63,306 nucleotides of DNA, filler included, from Cercozoa sp. M6MM (GCA_040357565.1; 7 parts of 7 records of this genome joined end to end with filler, not necessarily neighbours in it), one strand, 5' to 3'; shown: positions 11,669-29,791, numbered from the whole stretch's first letter. The notes: generated by a model from the letters alone, not told the origin. Numbers and translations are program-made.

Positions 11669-12968
11669 ATCCAGTGACATCAGTGGCAGCATGCGCCTCG
11701 AATTCGTGCATCAGTCGAGCCGCTACCTTGTTGAGTCGGCTGTCCATCGCATGGTATCGTTTCACATATATATTTGATAAGAGGTGTACCGCATGGAAGC
11801 GCGTGCCACCAAAAAGGCTCGCTCCATCGTGTCACTGTGCACATACAAAAACGAGTCCTCTCCTATATCAGGAAATCTCAATCTTGCTGCACCGATCAAG
11901 AACGGCGAGTGACTTTTCGAGTCGCTTCTGCGAGGCCAAGTCCTTCTCAGAGGGCTCCGCGAGACGCGAGGCACGGTCGGAGCGCACCATCCACTCCCGG
12001 CAGTTGACGGCGAGTTGAGTGCCCAGCGGCTTGGTCAGCACTAGCACGTCGCCGGCTCTAGCACCGTGCGGACGGATTAGATGCTCCTCCAGCGAGGCAC
12101 TCATCGCAACACCGCCCACGATGGGCCAGGCTACATGAACATGTTTGTTTTAGTCGCCACATGCTTCATGCAGGAGGATACGGTTCTTGACGGTTTGACC
12201 GCCCGTCACACGTGTGCCTACAGGCATACAAATAAACTTCCCTCGAGTCCCTTTCTAACACAGTCGATAAGATACCTGCCTCGCGGCACTTGGAAGCGAA
12301 GCCGGCGATCATGGCACGTGTCACAGTCTTGGCGTCGTCCTGTTTAAACAACGCACAGGAGTCGAAGTCGGGAAACTGAAGGAAGCCAAACCCAAAGCTA
12401 CCGGCTCCATCAGACGCGACTGCGCAAGCGCCATCAGCACGTTGTCTATGTGCGTCAGTCCGAGTGCGTACATGTCGGATAGTACATTGGCGGCGGCAAT
12501 CTCGCCCTGTGCGAAGGGCGACTGCACCAACGGGTAGAAAAAGTCCGTGGAAGACACCTGGAACACTCCTGGAATCCGCGTGCGAACGATGGAACAGTCC
12601 AGGATTCCGACGTCCTGCACGAGAACACAAAAATGTACCATCGCTTCAAGACTGAAGAAATGAAACGGAAAACTGTACCTCCTGATGCGCGTCATCCTCC
12701 TGTCTTACGTCGACCAACAACGCATCTAGCTCAGTTCGGGGCACCTTACTGTGAGCAAACGCAATGCAAACGCAGAGCATGTCGATAAAACAGACTGCTA
12801 ACTTTACCAGCCTCAGCCTTTCAAGGCGGAGTAGTCCGTCAGCTGGAACTCCGCCGGCAGCGACTCTGCGCAGAATGAACAAGTATTGAGGCACACAAGA
12901 TCCAAGTATTCATAGATACCCAAAGCGGGGTCGGCGAACCCACGCTCTTGAGCCACAATTTTATCCAT
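11082..12968 (-). CDS. SEPHS2: Selenophosphate synthetase (SPS2/SelD), selenoprotein with in-frame UGA at 12813-12815
   Basis: FQLTDYSALKG-U-GC|KVP, STDFFYPLV, GEIAAANVLSDMYALG, VTGGQTVKNPWPIVGGVA, GDVLVLTKPLGTQ, AHAATDVTGFGLLGH, ETSGGLL; all introns traced are GT-AG. Confidence 0.96.
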
Positions 12969-13232
12969 CCACGCGGACAGGTCAAAGGCTTTTTGCGATG
13001 CTGGTCGGGCTTGACTGACCGCTAGCTCACTTTTGGCACAAAACGAGTGTCACACACTGCTGCACACTGCTACACCACAATACACTACGATGTTCAGAAC
13101 AGTGCTGCTGTTTTTGTCGCGGAACTCTCTGCTGTGCGTGTCCGGTCGTGTAAGTTTACTCTCTCGCGATTGAAGAAACAATCTGACAGTATCGATCTCC
13201 TATGTGAAACATGGCATAGACTTAGATGTAAT

Positions 13233-16200
13233 ATGAGTTCGATACATCGTATTATAGATCGATCGACGCTGTCAGACGGCGGTTCCGGACGATAAAACGC
13301 ATGAAGGGTTGGTTCCGGGGCTTTTGGTTCCGCTGTCTATGGAACGGTCAACATTCTTGTGTTTCTCCTGCGCAGAAGCGACAGGCCAGTATAAACAACA
13401 TCGACGAGAATGTCTCAGAATCCCACAACCAAGAGCAAGACCTGGCGGACAGACGCGAGTACCATATGATTTTAATTATAATACTCTTTGCATGGCAAAG
13501 TGTCTTTGCACAGGTTTGTACAAGCGAAAGTTGCTTTGCCAGTCGGCCTCCAAGATAGCAAATGATGAATTGTCGGAGCTTCCCGGCACCGTAGAAAACA
13601 ACTACAACAGCGTGGCGCGTTATCTTTCGCGTACAGTATCTTCAGTTCAGTTGTTGTACTGTATGAGTAAGTTATATGATCCCACGATTTAAAATGATTG
13701 GACTGTTCGGACGCGTAGCTTGGCCTGTACTCTTGTTGGAAGAAGATCGCGCACAGATTGCGAGTGGGTATCAAGTTTGTATTGCTAAATTTATAATCAA
13801 CTTTAATGTGTAACACTGCTTCGCGCAGCATGATCAAGGCGAGGCGCATCAACGGCGGCGTGGTGAACGTGGAGCTCGATGGCAGGGGTGTCGTCAAAGG
13901 CTTGACTGTTTGGATGGATGACATCCCGAACAACCCGGTAGGTTTCTTGACAGCCTCATAATTTTAAGTTACGAGTGTGCCTTGCAGGACAAGAATGAAA
14001 TACTGCTTCCTTCATCGGTTGTGATGATATCGCTACGCACGCCTGCTTTCGACGCAGCCGAGTTTTCGGTCTTTGCTTGCGTCAAAAAAGTGAAAAGGGA
14101 ATGTCGACAGATCGAGGTGGCTGTCTACGCGACCGATTCGCAGCGCCAAGCGGTGCTCAAATCGATCGCTGTCGGTCAGAATAGTGACACAAAGCCGCCC
14201 ATTGTCATCAGTCTCGTCCATACTTTGTACTTTTTGTTCTGTTTTTTGTCTTTTTCTGACACAAGCTAACGTATGCGACAGGTGCGGAAGTCTACGAAGC
14301 ATACGCGCTTTGAAAACGATGAGCAAAGGGAAGAATGGCGTTGTTCTTAACGCAATCGCAAGCATTGATCGCGCGCCAAGCAGCAAGAATCCAACAAACC
14401 AGCAAATGATGGTTTCCCACCGTTCACCCCAAAGGATATCTTAACTTACAGTTTGTCCCAACTAGGCGTTTTCTCGGCGAATGGGGGACTTCGCGATGAA
14501 TCCGTCACAAAAGAAGGCGTGCTACCGCGCCTGCGACCTGCGCAACCACTGTGTGACTCTCATCCAAGGTCCACCCGGCACTGGTACCTTGACTTTGTAT
14601 GGCAGTCCATCCACCCATCCCTTTTTTTCTTATCCCAGGCAAGTCGCGCACGTCGACGGCAATCATTGCCAACGTTGCTGCCCAACTGCGCAAACTCGCG
14701 AGATCTCGCAGGAAGAAAAACGGCCAGTCGGACCAGGTACGTCGCGTTCGTTGTATCCTTTGACGATTTCTCTACCAATGCAGTCATTTGCATGCGTAGA
14801 AGAGAAACGTGATTCTGGTGAGTGCTGCCACCAACAAGGCCGTGCAGTCGCTGGCTCGCATGTTGTTGAAACATGTTGTCGACGGAGCGACTAAGTCAAT
14901 GACGCGATCCGGTTTGGCGCTAACGCGGCGCGACATTGTGCTCGTTGCAGCATCTGAAGGTGCCGACAACTCCGACAAGAACATCATGAGCGTAAAATTT
15001 ACACTCTTCATCCCAGTTGATTTTGTCGATGGAGGTGACAGGTCAGTTATGTATGTGTGTTTGTGCAGATTTTCTTGGACCAAAAGATTGTGGAGGTGTT
15101 GAACAAGCGGCGCAAGCTATTTCAGTTTTTGCGGCAACTGGAGGACTACTTGGGCCACTCGATCAAGAGTAAACCCGTGCGTTTTCGAAAAACCTTCGAT
15201 GCGCAGTGGAAAGAAGTTCAGGAGGCGCGTGCTGCCCTTGAAGACATCGTCCCTCTCTCAGCGTACAGTTGTTTTTTACTTGAGCACAAATATGCAAAGT
15301 AGAGTGTGATGCATTATGCGTAGGAACTTGGCAAATTCTTTGGAGAAAGTGTATGCGAACTACTGCAAGATGCTCGAAGTTGGCTGGGAGCACGCACACG
15401 CTGTAAGTGCACTCAAGCACGTGCGTCGACTTCAAAAAGCATTCGACCGTTCGTATCGGTACGGTCCGTCGTAGACCCAGTGTTTTTGTGACAAGGGATT
15501 GGTGCTTGAACAGAAGCAAGAAGAAATTGAGTTTGACGGGACTCCGAGACATGAAGTACAAAATGGAAGACATGGACTGTCTGCGGAGCGAGATACTGCA
15601 ACAAGCGCGCGTCGTTTTTTGTACGACCGTGACAGCAGGCAGCATTAAGGTGCGCGAGAACTTCAACGCGTCCGTCGTCTGTATGTCCTTTGGTTTCCCT
15701 ATTGTCATAAGGAGGGTGTATTTGTCATGTGTGCACTGAGCAGTGATTGACGAGGCTGCGCAGCTTTTGGAGACACAAATGCTGATTCCAGTTTCTCTGG
15801 GATGCAAGAAACTCGTGCTTGTGGGCGATCCGCAACAGTTGCCGGTACTTTGGTTTGGCAAAGCATGTTGTCATCCTTCAGTTTCTGTTTTTGTGCGGGA
15901 ACAGGCAACTGTGACATCGACAAAGGCGCAGCAACGTCGCTTCCAGCGCCCGCTTTTTCAGCGCATGTTGGTAATTTAAACGTTTAAGAGTGTTACAAGG
16001 CTGATAGAAAAGTTGATGTTTGGATGCTATACCACAGGATCAAGGTTTTGAAGACGTGATGTTGTTGAACCAGCAGTACCGCATGGCACCGCGAATCTCG
16101 AAGTTTTCCAACCACATGTACTACGACGGTCTCGTCAGCGATGGTCCCAATGTCCGGTCGCTTGAGGTGCGGTGTTTTACTGACACTGCGATTGGTTCAA

Positions 16201-17353
16201 TAAATTTGGATTAAGTTCGGTTTTGTTTGCGTAGTGGAATTGGCAGAGGAAGCTCTCGGATTTGCAGCGCGCAGAAGAGAAACACTTGTTTGGTATGCTT
16301 GATCTAACTCAAGCGACGGACATTACACGATGTGTCTCTGCAGGTGCCACACGCTTCTTCGATTTGGTCGGTCAAGAGAAGTTGCGTGATAAGTCCTGGT
16401 TCAACCGCGAAGAGGTGCAAATATCTTTACCTGTTTCGATTTGCTTTCGCAGTTTACGTATGAACAAATTCGCACTCTGTTAGGCGAAGGCGGCGGCCAT
16501 ATACGTCCGAAGCATCGCCAAAACCATTGCCATTTGTCCTGACACGGTTATCGTATGTTTGGTTGACTACACCTTGTCAAGCTACATTTTGTTCATAACG
16601 ATGCAATTATCAGAATTTTACGACGATAAGCATTGGCGTGATGGCGCCCTACCGTTCGCAGGTTGCGATACTGAAACAAGAGGTATAATTTAGCGCTCCT
16701 TTTTAGTCTAGTGACATACACTTCTGTTGTTTTCTTCTTGTCAACCCGCAGGTGACAAAGTCGCTGCATGCTCACGCACGCAAGCTAACTAAGAACACCG
16801 CGCATTGCCACAATGAAGTTCGCGACCGTCTGCTGGCTTCGATCACGTTTGGCAGTGTTGATGCGTTTCAAGGTATCCTATATCGCAGCACTTTGTTCCA
16901 AGCTTAGATAGCCGTGCTGATTTTCTACGACTTGATTAGGCTCCGAGTACGATGTTGTGCTGTTCTCTTGTGTACGCTCGTCCCGCACAAAAACACAAGG
17001 CTCTATCGGCTTTGTCGCAGGTACTGTGGTCTGTGCTTCGTGCGGATGTCTAGTCGGATGACATTGTGTTTGTGTTTGCAGACCCGCGGCGTATCAACGT
17101 CGGCTTGACACGTGCCAAGCACATGCTGGCAGTGTTCGGCAATGCCAACTACCTTTCGGGCAACTCGGGTACGCATCCTTACTTTGTTTCCATCGCTTAA
17201 CTTGTCTATGGGGTTTTAGCTTGGAGACAGTTGGTGACCATGTGGAACGGTCGCAAACACCGCGAGCACCAGGATGACTGCGTTGTGCAGCAGGTGACTC
17301 ATCAACTGGGCTCTATCGATCCGACTCACCCGATCGCGAGCGAGGATTCTTGA
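13233..17353 (+). CDS. Superfamily 1B RNA/DNA helicase, Sen1/senataxin/Upf1-like
   Basis: MNPSQ; LIQGPPGTG|KS (I); ILVSAATNKAV (Ia); VVFCT; IDEAAQ (II); LVLVGDPQQLP (III); QYRM; IGVMAPYRSQV; SVDAFQG|SE; RINVGLTRAK (VI). N-terminal PVLLLEEDRAQI resembles Sen1-like proteins. Start uncertain. Confidence 0.9.
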
Positions 17354-17539
17354 CGGTTGGATGATACCAAAGACCCAAGAAATGAAAAAGCAGACGCGAA
17401 ACAGCAACAACTGCTGAGAATAGCCAAAGAGCGCAAACTCAGCATCGCCGGCATTCGCACTCTCAGGATCCTCTGTCACAAAACTACAACTATACCTACT
17501 CTAAGCGGGCGGCGGATACGACCATGCTCTTGTGACCAA

Positions 17540-22266
<4,727 letters not shown>

Positions 22267-22564
22267 GCTTAGTTAGTTAGTTGAGTCTTCTAGGAAACCA
22301 ACTATGTGGCTCCCCTGCACCAGCAGTCTGGGGTGGGTCACAAGAGCATTAGAACTAAACTTAAGTTTAGTAGCTCCGCTCTAGAGATACTGTAGTACGT
22401 ATACCGTAGTCTCCAGCGTATTGCCAACTTGCCATCATCAGAACAGGTGCTGAGTCCGAACGAACTGTTCGGAGACAGTCGAGTCTCTGTCAGTTAGATG
22501 TTTTAACGTTCAGCTTTCGCTTTAGCACTACTGTCAACGCATCTGCTAGTCGAACAAATGCAAA

Positions 22565-24585
22565 ATGAGTGCTAGATCAGGTAGAGAGCCTCGACGTGGG
22601 CGGCGACCAAGAAGGAACATACCATCCTCACCATCTCCATCGACCAGTCCTCGCCAACACACGATCGACATGAAAGACACTGATCGCTCCGAGTCGAGGA
22701 TTACACGCAGTCGCTCCAGTTCTACCACGAGCAGTGAGAGCACCACAGGGAGCAGTGGTGTCAGCGGCGGCGTTGACTCCCGCTTGGTGCGTCGTCTGTT
22801 CAAACCACGGGCCGATCCTGTCCGCGTCGATGTTGGTATTATACGCTTAATACACTCATATGCTAAACTCAATCTATTCGTTTTACAGGAGAGAAGTCAC
22901 TTTGGAGAATACTCTTTTTGTGGACTGGGAGCGTCTATCAACTCATATTTCCGGAGGTACATAAACTTACATACTTTTTTTGCTGGTCCGGAAAATTGAC
23001 TTTACTTTGGTGCACGTCGGTGTGCGCAGCTGGCGGTTTACATTGCATTGTGGTACTGCATTCGACTACTAGCCACTCCTGAAATCGCACCGACGCTCGC
23101 TCCGCAAGTTGCGCGCCTTCGCGACTACTTGGAAGAACTTTCGCTTTCGCCTGTCGCTTTCTTTCTCGGTTTCTTTGTCGTGCAGATATACGGAAGGTAC
23201 AGTCATTTCGGTTAGCTCGATTTGTCTGTCTAAATTCACGTCGCGCTGCAATATGTACCGACAGCTGGTGCGGGTCTTTCAACGCGCGTCCTCGCTTGAC
23301 TGCGTTCGCCTTCAAAATCGCACGAATACTACCGTGTGAATCAAGCGACGACGCAGACACAAAGTTGTTTCGGCTGGAGCTGCTTCGATATGCGGCTGCA
23401 CATGTGCTGCTTAGTTTTCGAACGGTATCGACCGTGGTGGCAGATCGCTTTCCCGACTTTGACTCATTCAGACGCATGTTTCTTCTCACCAAGGAAGAAA
23501 TCCACGCATTGCAGCAACTGGAAAAACTGCAAGATCAATCAGATATCGACAACAGCGGCTCACTGGGACCAAAACCAATCTCAAAAGTCGAAATCAAGAG
23601 AGTCACTCCAGTGCCTCCGCCAGATCTTCTGCGAGGAAGAACCAAACAGGCCAAGACGAAGAAGACCTTCTTTCCAGCTACTACTGGGTGCCGATAGTGT
23701 GGGCAAGTGTCTATGTGGAAGAACACGCCGGCTCGGAAACCACGGCAGAGTTGTTCGAAGCGCTGCAGTCGCTCCGCTCTGCAACTTCTGATATGATGGA
23801 TATCTCACAGGTAGCTTCAACTAGTTTTGCGACTGGAATGTAGTTCATTTTTCATTTGGCCAGGTCAAACTTCCGCTCGGGTACGTGCAAGTAGTCACGA
23901 TTGTGGTCTACATGCGCATGTTTGTGCGACTTGTGGTGACGACAGTGTCACCGCTGCCGTTTCCGTTATTTGGAGTGCTCGAGTATTTCTTCGTCGTGGG
24001 CTGGTTAAAAACCGGTGTCATGATGTTTGATCCGTTCGGTGATGACGAGGGTGACATCAACTTGGCCGGTTTCTTCGCCACTGACCTGCGCAATGCAACC
24101 GTAGTGCTGGACCCGGACACGGCAGACGTGTACCTCCCATCGAGGAAACGACACGAGGCAGACGCAGACGCAGCTTCACAAGCCTGGCGACTGCACGGAG
24201 CTGTTATCAGTCGGTCGACTGAATCGGAAAAAGGGCGTGCCGAAACTACTAGCCATCATGAGACCGAATCCGCAGACAGCAGAGGAATCGATCTGGGTAA
24301 ACCTACTATACTTGCAAGCACACGTTAGCCGTCGTACAGTCCAAGTCTGTACTTTCTTGGTCGGTTACAGGTTCACCTCGAAGAAGCCTTGAAAAAGGTG
24401 GAGGGTTTACCGACTGCATTCTGTCGTCGCATGCAAAAGAAACGCTTGGCGGGTCTGCATTCTCCAGTGACGTCGAGTCGACGTCTTGTTATGAGCGCAT
24501 CGCTGTTGATCTGCACAGTTTCGACACTGAAGGCACAGGCACGCGGTTCAGCGAAGAGGTTGAAAGAATGATGCAGAATATGTGA
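22565..24585 (+). CDS. Bestrophin-family anion channel (with an unexplained frame change at ~23520-23680)
   Basis: LWRILFLWTGSVYQLIFPE, FFLGFFVVQIYG, LLRY, ADRFP (RFP motif), YWVPIVW, LPLGYVQVVTIVVY, LEYFFVVGWLK, MFDPFGDDEGD. Confidence 0.9.
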
Positions 24586-25056
24586 TTTAGACTCCGTACT
24601 GGTGCATAGTTAGTTTACCAGCAAGTTGATTTGGACGATCGTCAGGTGTGAACTCGACTGGAATTTCATTTGATGCATGCGTATGCCGAGTGCACCATGT
24701 TTCGCGGGTGGGAGTGTCTAATTTTGTTTGAGCGTACATACGAATCTAACCACACACGCTATACCAACTACAGTATACATTTACAATATTATAGCTGTAC
24801 TGGTTTGCCAACTTGGTCCGAGGTGGCACGGCAGGCACGCCGCGACGCCAAAACAGACTCGGCTCATGGAGTCACTCGATTTCGACGTCCTGGGATCTTA
24901 GAGTTCGTCGAAACAAAGGAGTCTAGCAGAAACGTCCGGTACGCCACCTGGACAGACCTAGCTAGTATTTCAGACCCTGGGACCTCAACTAAATCAGATC
25001 TTGTTGTTTGCTTCGTCAGACAGGGCTGACAATTGAACGGAAGCGACCTCGATACG

Positions 25057-26056
25057 ATGCATGCGGCGACACTAGTACTTTGCAGTTGCGTCACTCTCGT
25101 TGTCAATGCCGTTGCAGTGACTGCTGCATTCGCTGAAGCAGAGATCGAGTCGGCTGAAACCAATCCCGCCGACATCCTTGTTTCCTACGTCAACGATGCT
25201 GTGGTACTGTGGAAACTGAACGTTGATTTCAGTCGTCATATTCACTGCACTATGATTGTGTTTTTTGTCTTATCTGACCCAGAGCGAGTTGTCCGAGTTG
25301 CGAGATGTGTTACTGAGTCAATGCAGCACACAAGCACTGCAGTTTGGTGTGTTAGAGCACCTGCACAAGGTCAAGCACGACGCCGTCATCGCAGAGACGC
25401 TGCAGGAGGCGCTGCAGCAGGTGTTGCACGGAGTCAGCACCTGGCCTGGACCAGTTCACACTGGCACTGCGGACAACGACTTTGTCGACGCCTTTCTGGT
25501 ACTGTACCAATTCAGCCTGTATCAGTCTGTATTAGACCAGTCAGTATGTATGACTGTGGGTGCCTTGTGAGTAGAACAGAGGCCTCACACTCGCTAGTGC
25601 CGTGCGTGTCATGAGTTCCGAACACCTGGCCGCCATTGCGGAGCGTGAACTCGAAGACCGCGCCTTGCTAGACGAGCACTAGTAAACCGATGATACCACA
25701 CAGTCGCTTCATTCAGTTTTTGTTGTGGCCTTAGCAACGGCTCGTCGTGTCCGAAAAAAGCACTGTTGCGACTGCGACGTGCTCCCGACGATGTGCGCGA
25801 TGCCGACGATCTCCGGGTATTCCAATCTGCCATCCTCATTTATACTGTATTTTTATTTTACAACTACAACAACAAACAGATCGAGTATGAAGAACGGGTG
25901 GAAATGGCGTTGCGAGCACTGGCCAGCATTAAGCTGCGAACTCTGCAGCTTATCTCGCGGCCAAAGTCCGGTCTCCCGCGGAACATCTTGTATCGACATC
26001 CCCGTTCTGTTTTAGTTTCCGTCCAAAACTGTTATCGTTTTGCAGGGAGGCTGTGA
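25057..26056 (+). CDS. Hypothetical protein, hydrophobic N-terminus (possible signal peptide)
   Basis: MHAATLVLCSCVTLVVNAVAVTAAFAE... followed by spliceable helical exons; no recognised family. Confidence 0.4.
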
Positions 26057-26509
26057 AGGCGACGTTGCACGCAGGACACAGTGACTGAAATAAGCACGAG
26101 TATGCAAGCAAGCTCCAGTAGTTCAATTATGCAGAGGCAAACAGTATCCCCTGGGGGTCTGTCAGTTTCGGAAAAGACTCCGACTGATCTCAGGTGCAAA
26201 TGGTACACTCGAGTGGGGGTTGGGTCAAGTGTGCCACTGCACGCTCAGTCGACTGGTAGGGCATCGTCAGCGGAACCAAATCTTCGTGACCCACGAGTTC
26301 TCAGTCTTGTCAACCGATACGATTGATACGACAGACACGGCACACCCAACATCACTCTGTCCTGTCAAAATTTGTGCGTCTCGCTCAGTAGAGAGCACAC
26401 GCAATTGTAACCAACTTTTCAATCGTCAGCACACAGCAGGCGCCCTTCCGTGCTCCTTTCGTCTTTCGTATAGTCTTCCGTCTTTCTTCTGTCCAAAAAG
26501 TCAAAAACG

Positions 26510-26987
26510 ATGGCGCCCAACAAGCACTTCAATTCGTTCGCAGAGTTTTACCCGTAACTTGCTTGTATTTGCATCAACTGTGGCTTTTGCTTGTCTTAAC
26601 TTTCTTATTTCGGCATGTGTAGGTACTACCTGACGCAGCACCTGAACCCGATCTGCCGTGTGCTGCACCTGATCGGCACGAGCCTGGCGGCCCTGTGCGT
26701 CGCCCTGGCAGTGTTGTCGCTCAGTGGGACGTGGCTCGTGGCGGCACCACTGTGTGCCTATTCATTGGCCTGGGTGGGACACTTCTTCTTCGAGAAGAAC
26801 CGTCCGGCAACGTTTCACTCACCTCTGTGGTCGCTGCGCGGCGATCTACTCATGACCTTTGAGGTAAATACTATATTTATTCTGCATGCATACCTTCGTT
26901 TTCTCTAAGAAACTGGTTGACCTCTGAAAGGTGTTGACTGGCCAGCGCCCGTTGGATGAAACCGCACCCCCGCAGCACAAGCGGTAG
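26510..26987 (+). CDS. DUF962/Mpo1-like small membrane protein
   Basis: MAPNKHFNSFAEFYP|YYLTQHLNPICRVLHLIGT...YSLAWVGHFFFEKNRPATFHSPLWSLRGD...|VLTGQ; two GT-AG introns. Confidence 0.9.
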
Positions 26988-27216
26988 AAACGTGGAACGT
27001 CAGTGTCAGTCCCCCCCCCCCCAGCTCGCCCTATCGTATCAAGGCACGTCCCAAAGTCGGTCTGTTGTTTTTAACTCACTAATATAAGCCTGGTAAACTC
27101 CTGTAAACTTAACTAACTGTTACGGAAAGTAACTACGCTATATATGCCGTAACATCGCACAACCACTGCCTGTTAGAACTGAAGCCCGGCAGAGCGCGGT
27201 CCCACAGCGGGGGAGC

Positions 27217-28504
27217 TCAGGCGTGATCGGCAGACTCAGGCGCCCGAAGCAACGACAACTGCCGCGGCAAGGTCGGGTCGAGCACGTAGTCGCGCACGAC
27301 AGAGCGGAGGTCCTCGCACAGGTAAGGCTTCAGTAGCAACGACGCCGGCGCGAACAACTGCCGACGGTGCGCCTCGAGTTCCTGCTGCCAGCGCTCGTTC
27401 GCGGCTCGACGGCTCGCGTCGCTGTCAGCGCGTTCGATGGCATCGAACACAGCAGCCGCGCGGTCGCCGTGCTGACTGAGGAAGGAAATCAGCGTCGAGG
27501 CCAACACCAAACGTTTTCTCTTGTCCGCAAAGCGGCCGGGGTCAATCAACTGGCACCCACGGCTCAGACAGGGAAACTGTGGAATAGATGTCGTCATGAC
27601 TGTCATCAGTCAAAACACTTAGTGCACAGCAACTGCCCTCCCATACCCAACCAAACCGAAACACGGTTCATACGAAGAACAGGCGGCGGCAGAACCTCAA
27701 TGCCCGAGAACGCGAGAGCGGCATTGCACTCGCGGCACCAGCTGAGCAAACCTTCCTGCTCCAGATACAAATTATTAAAATATGTATATTATATGAAATG
27801 TCAGATATACATAGACTAATTCAGAAGCATATTTGTATTAAATATACAAACAGATCTGGTGAAAGAAGGCAGACCGACCTCGGACCGAGTCGAGCAAAGA
27901 GCGTCAAGGAGGCCGGCAAAGAGACGCGTGACGAAGCCGTAGCTGTCAGTGCGCTGCGACAGATGCCAGACCAGCGGCCACACCTGTCGCATGTTGAAGC
28001 ACAGCTCGCGCCCTCTCGCAGTGCACATGAGCACCTACACAAGCAGACAAACGTGGCCTGCGTACTCATCTCGTGGCCTCCTCCAACAGCACAGTACACG
28101 TACAGAATCCGAGTCGTCGAAGACAAACCAGGTGCTTTTCAGGTGCCTTAGCACCGGCAATTGATCATGGCCAAAAGGTTTAGAGTCCTCGTCCTCGTCA
28201 AAGAGACACTCAACGAGAGCAAAGATCGCGTTGCACTCTCGGAAAGCGGACTTGCCGGTGTCGTTCTTGTGTTCACGCAGCCACAGCAGCAGCGCCTGCA
28301 GCAGCTGCATCTGGAAGTGACACACCTCGCCGGTCACGCCGGTCGCGCGGGATGCCGAGTCGGCGCTCTCTAGTGTCCCGACGGCCAGCCAGAACGTCGG
28401 CACGAACGCACGGCCAGGCGAGGTCTCGAATGTTGTGACTCCTTCAGCGTCCGTGCGGAGGCCAAACAATCGACGCAGCTGGAGACAGAGACAACGCAAA
28501 TACA

Positions 28505-28552
<48 letters not shown>

Positions 28553-28562
28553 NNNNNNNNNN

Positions 28563-28610
<48 letters not shown>

Positions 28611-29080
28611 GCAGTACTGACGATAGTGAAACAGACGAGTGCGAGAGACTCCGTCTTGCGACACTCGGCGCTGTGCGAAGACGCGGCATTTTCGCACCGG
28701 CAAGCCAGTTGACCACAGAGCTGCGGAAGCAAGGAGACGGCGAAGGCAGCGCGCGACTGTTGCAGCGCGTCGCTGCGCTGCTGCAGGAACACTCCGTCGA
28801 ACTCCTGCACACGCTGCAGGAAGGCCAGTGCCACCGCGGTCCAGCTGGCCTTCTGTGCAGACCCGGCCAGCGACAGCTGCATGTCGATCCAGAGACCGAG
28901 GTGGTGCCACTCCAGCGGCAAACGCAACTCACGCAGGAAGCGGCTACCCAGCGTACGTGCCAGTCTTTTGAGTAGCACACGTCCCTCGCGCCGCAGCAGC
29001 GACAGCAGCAGCAGCACACGCGACTCGCACGATGCCGCGTGCCACAACAGCGACGTGCGACGCCTGGTCACACAGAAGCC
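27217..29080 (-). CDS. Hypothetical protein, 5'-partial at contig edge
   Basis: Long Leu-rich exons (LLKRLARTLGSRFLRELRLPLEW...; QMQLLQALLLWLREH; final exon ending LLKPYLCEDLRSVVRDYVL...). Confidence 0.55.
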
Positions 29081-29138
29081 TGCGCAACAACCACAACGCA
29101 CACACACACCTTTCTTTTTACCAACATAGCATCATAAT

Positions 29139-29323
<185 letters not shown>

Positions 29324-29423
29324 NNNNNNNNNNNNNNNNNNNNNNNNNNNNNNNNNNNNNNNNNNNNTTAATTAATTAANNNNNNNNNNNNNNNNNNNNN
29401 NNNNNNNNNNNNNNNNNNNNNNN
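29324..29423. other. Artificial contig linker N44-TTAATTAATTAA-N44 (same linker at 32868-32967, 37013-37112, 44768-44867, 48939-49038, 61634-61733)
   Basis: Identical 100-nt construct with stop codons in all six frames; adjacent to microsatellite or homopolymer contig ends. Confidence 0.97.
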
Positions 29424-29469
<46 letters not shown>

Positions 29470-29477
<8 letters not shown>

Positions 29478-29791
29478 CCACGGTCAAGGCGTGCGACTTT
29501 GTCAACACCCACCAGCGGGGCGCAGAGCGACTTGGATGCCTCGGATGTCGCCGACTCGTCCGAGGCCGAGTTCGTGCAGGACCCTGAACTGGCTGCAACT
29601 GACCCACGCGGCGCAGTGCTCGCATCGCCCGTAAGAACCTGCTCCCGACTCAGACCCTTCCGGATGATGCGGTCCCTCACGAAAATGTCGAACCGCCGCC
29701 AGGATATTCGTTCGACAGCGATTCCGACGTCGAAGGCGGCGACATGTACGACTCTGACGATTTCTTGGTCAACGACGGCGATGGCGACTGA
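29470..29791 (+). CDS. 3' end of a hypothetical protein with an acidic tail
   Basis: SDLDASDVADSSEAE... then, after a frame change needing a small intron, TLPDDAVPHENVEPPPGYSFDSDSDVEGGDMYDSDDFLVNDGDGD-TGA. Confidence 0.45.

Noticed and set aside
9292-17353. Functional cluster of BCD1, SPS2 and the helicase
   Set aside because: Unrelated housekeeping functions; proximity is explained by genome compaction.
29368-29379. Repeated TTAATTAATTAA motif as a biological element
   Set aside because: Always centred in an identical 100-nt N block: an artificial six-frame-stop linker.
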